Assembly: GCF_009914755.1 (NCBI RefSeq)
Contig: NC_060935.1
Direction: 5' to 3' (one strand)
Source: the human T2T-CHM13v2.0 reference genome, Homo sapiens
Length of the DNA stretch: 64,000 bases
Shown one piece after another: positions 52,935 through 64,000 of this stretch; position 1 is the stretch's first letter; every line of letters starts with the position of its first letter. The notes under the pieces are model-generated. The model had not been told where the DNA came from. It made no database searches and saw only the letters and a program-made list of their open reading frames with translations. The translations under genes were made by a program, and so were the position numbers.

Positions 52935-53110
52935 AATGTCATTTAATCCTCCCATCGATCTGTGACCTAGCTGCTGTTACTATTAATATCTCCATTTCAT
53001 GCAGGCTCAGAGAAGTTAAGCAAGTTGCCCCGGACACATGGATAGTCACTGACGGAGCTGCGATCTGGACCCAGACTGCAAACTGAAGAGCCACTGCCTG
53101 ACAATGCCCA
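52935..53110 (-). mobile_element. MIR (antisense) overlapping the last MS4A10 coding exon
   Basis: tcatttaatcctc...tattaatatctccattt...ggctcagagaagttaagcaagttgccc...gagctgcgatctggacccag. Confidence 0.85.
53005..53086 (+). CDS. MS4A10: MS4A10 last coding exon
   Basis: atgcag|G-LREVKQVAPDTWIVTDGAAIWTQTAN*; exons sum to 267 aa. Confidence 0.88.
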
Positions 53111-53269
53111 AACTTGGTTGGAGCATAGCCCCTGCTCTCCCAAAGTTGCACTTTCACTGGGAAGATGAGATTTGCACATACAAAAGGCTAGAGCGATGGT
53201 CTATACAGCAAAGTCAGCCCTCACAGCTCAACCCTGTCCTCTCAGATAAGCCATTTCTTACATAGTTGA

Positions 53270-54258
<989 letters not shown>

Positions 54259-54455
54259 TGAAACCCAATCTTTCAAAACATGAAAGGGGGTGATGGAGAA
54301 AACCTTAGCTTGGTTGTCTAAAGACATGGGTGCAAACTCTAGGCTAGCTCTGCCAATCACTTACTGTGCGGGTTTGACTCAGTCCCTTCCCCTCATTAGG
54401 TCCCAGTTTCTCCATTTGTAAAACAAGCAATTGTGCTACATTGATGGTTTACATC

Positions 54456-54461
54456 AATAAA
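54456..54461 (+). terminator. MS4A10: Probable MS4A10 polyadenylation signal
   Basis: AATAAA ~1.4 kb after the stop, with T-rich sequence downstream. Confidence 0.7.
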
Positions 54462-54742
54462 GTTTGAAACGGCTTCTGGTTCGACTTCCATTTTTCAAAA
54501 ATCAGTCAGTGGAAGACTTGTCAATGTTCCCTTTGAAAGGGCACTGCCTCCGCAGGTGCGTGGTGGAAGCCCGGGCAGGGTTAGCTGGTCTCGGCGGAGC
54601 ATGGCCACAGCCCAGTCCCTGAGTGGCTCATCAATACCGCGACCTGCTAGAATGGCTGGTATCTTCTACACAGTATGCAGAATTTCTAACACCAGGCTAG
54701 AAACAGAAAGCAATCTTTGACTATTGTTAATACTGTGGTTAA

Positions 54743-55367
<625 letters not shown>

Positions 55368-57012
55368 GATTTTGATATGGATTCAGCCCTAAATGAAGCC
55401 TACTATCATTTTTACTCATGATGAAAAATTCAAACATACAGAAAACTTAATAGTACAATTGACACCCTTATAGCTCCCCTGAGATTACAGTGTTAACATT
55501 TTGCATATTTGCTTTCCCTCCTTCTCCACATATATATGTCTCTTTATATATACGTATGTGTGTATATAGACCATGTATATAGTAGACATAGATAGACATA
55601 CATTTGTGTATATACTTTTTCATTGAACCATTTGTAAGTTGCAGACATCATGACTTTTCCTCTCTAAATTCTTCTACCTGCATTATTTCCTAAGAATAAG
55701 CACATCCTCGTATGTAATCATAATACTATTATCACACTAGGAAAATTAAAAATAATTCTATAATCCTAATACCCTGTCCGTATTCAAATATCCCCCACTA
55801 GGCCAAAAATGTCTTTATTGTGTTTTTTTAAGCTGGATCTGGCCACGTTTCACACATTAGATTTGATTGTTACATCACTTTATTTTCTTTTAATCTAGAA
55901 AAGCCCTCTCAGCTTTTTCATGACTTTTGAGACCAGTTGTCTTGCAGAATGTTGATGGTTTCTTCAAGGTGTCTTTCCCCTGCTCCTCCACCCTCCCTCT
56001 TTCCTGTAGCCTGGTAGTCACATCTAGAAGACCCTCGAATCTTGGTTCAATGCAGGGTAAGCACAGTTGGGGAGAACACTCCAGAGGTGATGGTGTGACC
56101 TTCACCCTGCACCCAACCCGGGGTACTCGGGGCCAGCTCATCCCTCGATTAGCGGCTGGTCCCAAGGAACTGTCATGTCTCTCCATGGCCAGCGTCATTT
56201 TTCATTTCTTCCTTCTCCTACAAAGTTTCTTTGCAGAAGATGAACCAAATGGCATCACATGTCAAGTAGGAAAATGTTGAAGTGTGTCTTTCTGTAATAT
56301 CTGAACATATACTATAGAAAATTTTCACATGTATTAAACCCTAGCTTTATAACACTGTATTAAAACCAATGACTCGAACTCCATTTTTTTTTCTTTTTAC
56401 TCAGAGTCTTTTTTTATCCTGGGCCACGCAAAATGCAGAGTCGTTGGAAATATATCTGGAGGAGTCATATGATGATGAAGCCCATCACAATGTACAGGGA
56501 CTTCACAAGTCTGGATAAAGTTTAGGGGACACTGAACCAGATGATGGTTTTGTTCCTGGCCAGCTCTAGCACTCGAGGTTTCTACCGTGAGACAAAAGGA
56601 CGATGTCACGGCCAACATCTGGCCTCAGGATGCTCTAACTTAGAGATGTCAGTTCAATGGCCTTGAGGTAAATAAACCAGAAGGCTCAGGGCCCTGGGTC
56701 CCCATAGGCAGATCCTTTCATTCCCTAACAAAGATACTGCCACAGTATTCCTGAGCCTGGGGAGGGGCAGGCTGTGTTCACCCTTTCTAGGGCAGGAGTG
56801 GGGGGCAGCAGCTCTCAGGGAGAAAGAGCACCTGGAACTAAGAACTTCCTCAACCACTTTCTGTGGAACTCAGGTAAAACAGCTAACTTCCCCAAGCCTC
56901 AGTTTTCTCATCTGTAAAATGGGAATGATAATCCCTCCCTCACAGAGTTATAGTGAGGCTCCGAAGAGACCATGGATATGAAAGCCCAACCTTAGTGGTC
57001 CCCAAAATGTGA

Positions 57013-57812
<800 letters not shown>

Positions 57813-58107
57813 ATGCCCATTGGGTTTACTTTTATGCGTATCTTCCATTTATGGCAAGTGATACTGAATTTCTATTTATGGTAGTGCTATCAAGTGCTCT
57901 TTTATAATATACATATGTAAGTTAAAACAGTGATAGTGGATATGGGGTTTTCTGAAGGAGTGACAAAAATGTTCTAATATTAATTGTAATGATGCTTGCA
58001 TAAGTCTGCCCATACTAAAAATCATTGATTTAAAAAAGAGGCCACTTAAGGAAACTTACTAAACAAATAGCGACACAAAACACAAATGTTTTAGAGTCAT
58101 GAAGTTA

Positions 58108-58435
<328 letters not shown>

Positions 58436-59479
58436 AGTCATGAAGTTAGAGCTTGAAGGACTGAAGTCTGGAAAACAAGGCAAGTAGATCTCTTCACTCC
58501 ACTCTGTTTGCAGAAGGGAGGTGCAAGGGTTTGCACTCTGCAGTTGAGATTAAAAATTTACTGCGGCCCTTGAACCTAGAATTCTACTTCCTAATCTCAT
58601 TGAACTCTGGTGTTGGAAGAATCTTTGCGGATCATCTCAACTAACCCATCATGAGACAGATGGAGAAACTTGGCCCAGATGAAGCTTAGTGAAGTTATCC
58701 AGCAGACCTTTGATGGACATGAGGCTAGAACCCCGGTCCTGAGCTACCACCACACTTCCCCAGCCTGCCCCACCTGCTTTCCTAGGAGCCTGAGAGCAGG
58801 AACACGGCCAACTCCTATCTGCATCCAGCACCCTGACTTCCTGGCTCCCAAATTTATCATCTCCCCTAGACTATGAGATAATTCTGCAAACTCTAACCCC
58901 AGCCCGACCCTGGGAGCCTAAAAGAAACTTCAAAGCCACACCCTCTTCCTTCTCCGTCTCCATGACCTTAAGGCAGGTCACAGAGGCAGGACGGCATTGC
59001 ACTCATTTACTCTTCATTCATTCCACAGGTAAAGACTGAGTCCCTACAATGCTATGTCCAGGGGCAAACCACCATGAGCAAACCCCAGCCTCTCAGAGCT
59101 CGGACTCTGGTGGGAGAGACAGGCACTAATCCAACGATCACACCTGCGAATGTATAACTACCATAAAGGGAAATTGAGAGGCGTTATGAGAGAATGTGAT
59201 GGAGACCTAATCTGGAATACAGGGCATGGCCAGAAGGAGAGGCTGTGTGAGAAGAGGCCTGCAGGTGTCTGAGCTGTCCTGGCCCTGTCATTTCTTCTGC
59301 ACAAAGACTTAGCTCTTCCCAGGTCAAAACCCCTAGCCTGCCCCTCAACACCCCTCATGGCTGTGATCACTTCCTCCCCACCTCCTCACTTCCTTCCAAA
59401 CAGTCCGATTGCCTTGCATCCGTTCAGAAGCAGATTGTCCCCATGGTGTGTCAGGCCCCTGCCAGGTGCTGGATGCTCT

Positions 59480-60180
<701 letters not shown>

Positions 60181-60432
60181 AGGCACACAGAGGCAAGAGA
60201 AGTTGTAGAACAAGTGGACAGGACTGGCAATCACAGAATTATCTTTGGCAGCCTGGAGGCTGGTAGTCGTCAAACATCCCCATGTTAAATTTTATTCCAC
60301 TCCAATAGCTAACCTTTACTGAGTGCTTACTCTATGCCAGACACCATTCTAAGCACTTTTGCAAGAAGTCCTCACAAAAAGCAGTTTATGGATTAGGAGA
60401 CTCAGGCCCAGAGGAGTTAAGTAATTTCCTGA

Positions 60433-60895
<463 letters not shown>

Positions 60896-61402
60896 CATCC
60901 TCAAGGATCTTCTCAGAAAAGGGCTGTGGTTGTCTCTATTTTGCAGATAAAGATATGGAGGCCTAGAGAGGCTGCTTAATGCAGCTTCATGGTGGCAGAA
61001 ACAGGACTCAAGCCTTCGTCTGATCAACGACAAAGTCCAGGCTCTTCTGTCTCTGAAACAGAAGTGAAAAGGCCCTTCTGCAAGATGGCTCCAGGGAGTG
61101 AAAAAAATCAACACAAGACAACACAGTGAAATTAGGAGGCCCTGGGCCAGGCGTCATAGGAACACAGAGGAGCAAGCCACATTCGGCCTGGGCTGGGGCA
61201 GCCAGGGAAGTGCTGTAGGAGGATTAGATGCCTGAGCTGAGTCCCAGGGGGAAGAATGATATTCCAGGCGCAGGGCAAGCATGGACAAAGGCATGAGATG
61301 AGAGAAGCAGGGAGCAAGTGTAGCCTCCAAACACAGGAAATTCCCATTACACAGAGATTAGTATCCCAAGCCGGTGGACAAGATAAAAATCATGCAGGGG
61401 AT

Positions 61403-61716
<314 letters not shown>

Positions 61717-62161
61717 TTATGGAGGGTCAAAGTTGCCCTTGAAGATCTCTTAAATTTCCCAAATAGTTTAATAACACAACACAGACCAACTGCGGGAACA
61801 CCACATTCCCTCTCCCACATAGACTCACTCCGGGCATCAGCTCACAGAGAGGAAGCTGGTGGGAATGCCCTAGCTATTTAAACCTTACTTTTTTCTACCC
61901 CAACATCTTGGGCAGGGCAGGAGGTAAGGGGGACAGAGCGTGACGGTTGAACCTCCTCAGAGGTTCCACGTCTTGTCTGGGGTCTGCTCGAAGTTGACGT
62001 GACTGGGTTGCTGGGCAAGGCAGAGACTAGTAGGGATGCAGCAGCAGTGGGGCCAGCTCAGAGGTCCCACGTGGATCAGAACCATCTGGGAAGCCTTTAA
62101 AATCCCCAGCCCCCTCCCAACCTGCCCCCACCTCCAACAGCTCCCATTTATTTAGTCTAAA

Positions 62162-62345
62162 GCAGTGGTTCTAATTGGCAACGTCTGGAGACATTTTTCG
62201 TTGTAATGACAGGGATGGGGATGCTACTGGCATCTTGGGTAGAGGGCGAGGTCGCTGCTAGACATCCTATATGCTAAGGGCAGCCCTACAACAGAGAAGC
62301 AGCCAGCCCCAAATGCCAGTACTGCTGAGGCTGGGGAACCCTGTG
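62162..62345. mobile_element. MER20-like DNA transposon
   Basis: cagtggttct...gtctggagacattttt...tgctactggcatct...cagccccaaatgccagt...gaaccctg. Confidence 0.8.
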
Positions 62346-64000
62346 CTAGGATGAGGCCCCAGAGTCCAGATTGTGCTGTAGGCCATAGGGAGCCATTGGT
62401 TTGTGTCCTGGGAAGATCTGTCTAGGACCACAGTATAGAAAGTCTGGATAATTTCCCACCTGGATGGGAGCCAGCAATTGCCCCACTGGTTCATCAGCTC
62501 CAGTGCAAACCACTGTGCAAACCACACTCCAGGCTCCAGTATTTGAGGAACTTCTTGCCCGTTTAATCCTGCCCTTCACCTTTCCCACAGTGAGTCCCCT
62601 GCCCTGCTCTGGCCAGCAGTTCTCGCCCTCAGAGAGGTCAAGTGCCTTGCCTAAGGTGGCACAGCAGGTGAGTGGTAGAGCTGGGTCAGGGCTGTAAGGG
62701 ACTTGCCCAGGTGAGGGGGCTCACACAGGGCCACACAAAGGACCTGTCTGCATGAAGCCTCCCTGGCCATCAAAGCCAAGCCAGTCCACACGAGGTGAGG
62801 AGCCAGCCTGGCTACAAAAGGATGCAGGAAGGTGAGGGACGGAGGGAAGAGAGGGCCAAGAAAAAACTAGTGACAGAGGGAGGTGTGGTCATGGGAAGCA
62901 AGAGAAGCCATGGGGGTGAGGATGATTCCAAGATGAGAGAAGACAGCCCAAGAGTGTGTGCGAGTGTCTGTGCCTGTACACAGGAGTGGCGTGTGCATGG
63001 GTGTGCGCCTGTGTATGCGTGGGAGGTGTGTGTGTCCCGCTGCATCATCACCCTCTTTATTCAGAGCAATGTTGTCAGGCACCTATCAAATAAAGTAACT
63101 TCCCCGCCTTCTCAGGATGATTTCACACGGAAACCATGGGCTGAGGCACATGACGCTCCACCATGGAATTAAAAGGGCACCACAGGCAAATAAACCTTCC
63201 ATGTCTCTACCTTTCTTAACTGAGCGAAACCTGGCTGTGAACCCCACCCGCCTGCTTTTCTCAGTCATTGTTGCGTTCTGCCTGGCTCCAATGGGTTCTA
63301 CGGAAACTCCAGGGCTTTGTCCTTATAATAGTGGGGAGGAGGAAGGACCACATCCATGGTGGGCTCTGTTGCCCTTTTGGCTACACAATGCTGCTGACCA
63401 CCCTGGGTATGCCCCTCACACCCTCGGGGTGGGGTGGGCTGGGCCTGCCAGTGAGCCCCTCCCCACTGCCCTGGAGTCCGGGTGCAGAGTGATCCATCCC
63501 TGCGCGCCACCATTTGTGAACCCGCACCCACCACCCCTCAGGTTTCCAGGCCTCCCACCTCCCCTAGAAAGGGCCAGTCTGTATTTCCTAGCCAAGCTCC
63601 CATCTGTCTTCTCTTCTCCCTCAGCCCCCTTCAGACAACTCCATTTTATTTTTTTGATGGGCCAAATCTTCCCCAGAATACCTACCTTGGAAACATAAGT
63701 AGGGCAGCCCTTGAGACTCAAAGATGACATTACCTCCCCAGTTGTCTCCTCACTCACTCAGACAAGAAAAACCTAGACCTCAGACCTTGACAGATTTCTC
63801 TGTTCTCTCCAGGAAGGGGAGGCAGTGAGCCTAGAGGCTGGAGCACAAAGGTGAAAAAAAGCACAGCTGATTTTTCTCCTGGCCTCTGCCCCTCCAATGA
63901 GCAGGAAAGGCGGATGTTTCTTTGCCGCAGAGACTTCCTGGCACCTGCTCCTGACTCCAGGGCAATGCTCGGGGAAACTCCCATTGCGAAGGGAGCAGGC

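Noticed and set aside
62464-63698. Possible further gene or exons near the window end
   Set aside because: Isolated GTGAGT donors and ORFs with no recognisable homology or consistent exon chain

Overview
Primate (almost certainly human, 11q12.2 MS4A cluster) genomic DNA. It holds two complete + strand tetraspan genes that I assembled by hand from GT-AG exons: MS4A15 (6 coding exons, 240 aa, 16892-28879) and MS4A10 (7 coding exons, 267 aa, 43501-53086). Both sit in a background of Alu, MIR, L1, L2, MLT and MER repeats. The most unusual feature is a 6.6-kb betaretrovirus-like provirus (9721-16304, LTR3/HML-6-like, TAAAG target-site duplication) directly upstream of the first MS4A15 coding exon. 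It has a perfect 18-nt tRNA-Trp (not Lys) primer-binding site, two large internal deletions, a nested HML-2 solo LTR5 inside RNase H and a Rec-like ORF. Its 5' LTR and viral splice donor form an ATG-free first exon that most likely drives MS4A15. An apparently disabled older first exon lies about 15 kb upstream of the MS4A15 ATG. The last coding exon of MS4A10 is an exonized MIR whose upstream donor overlaps an in-frame stop codon. Gene and repeat names come from recognition, not database searches; repeat boundaries are approximate unless a TSD is quoted.
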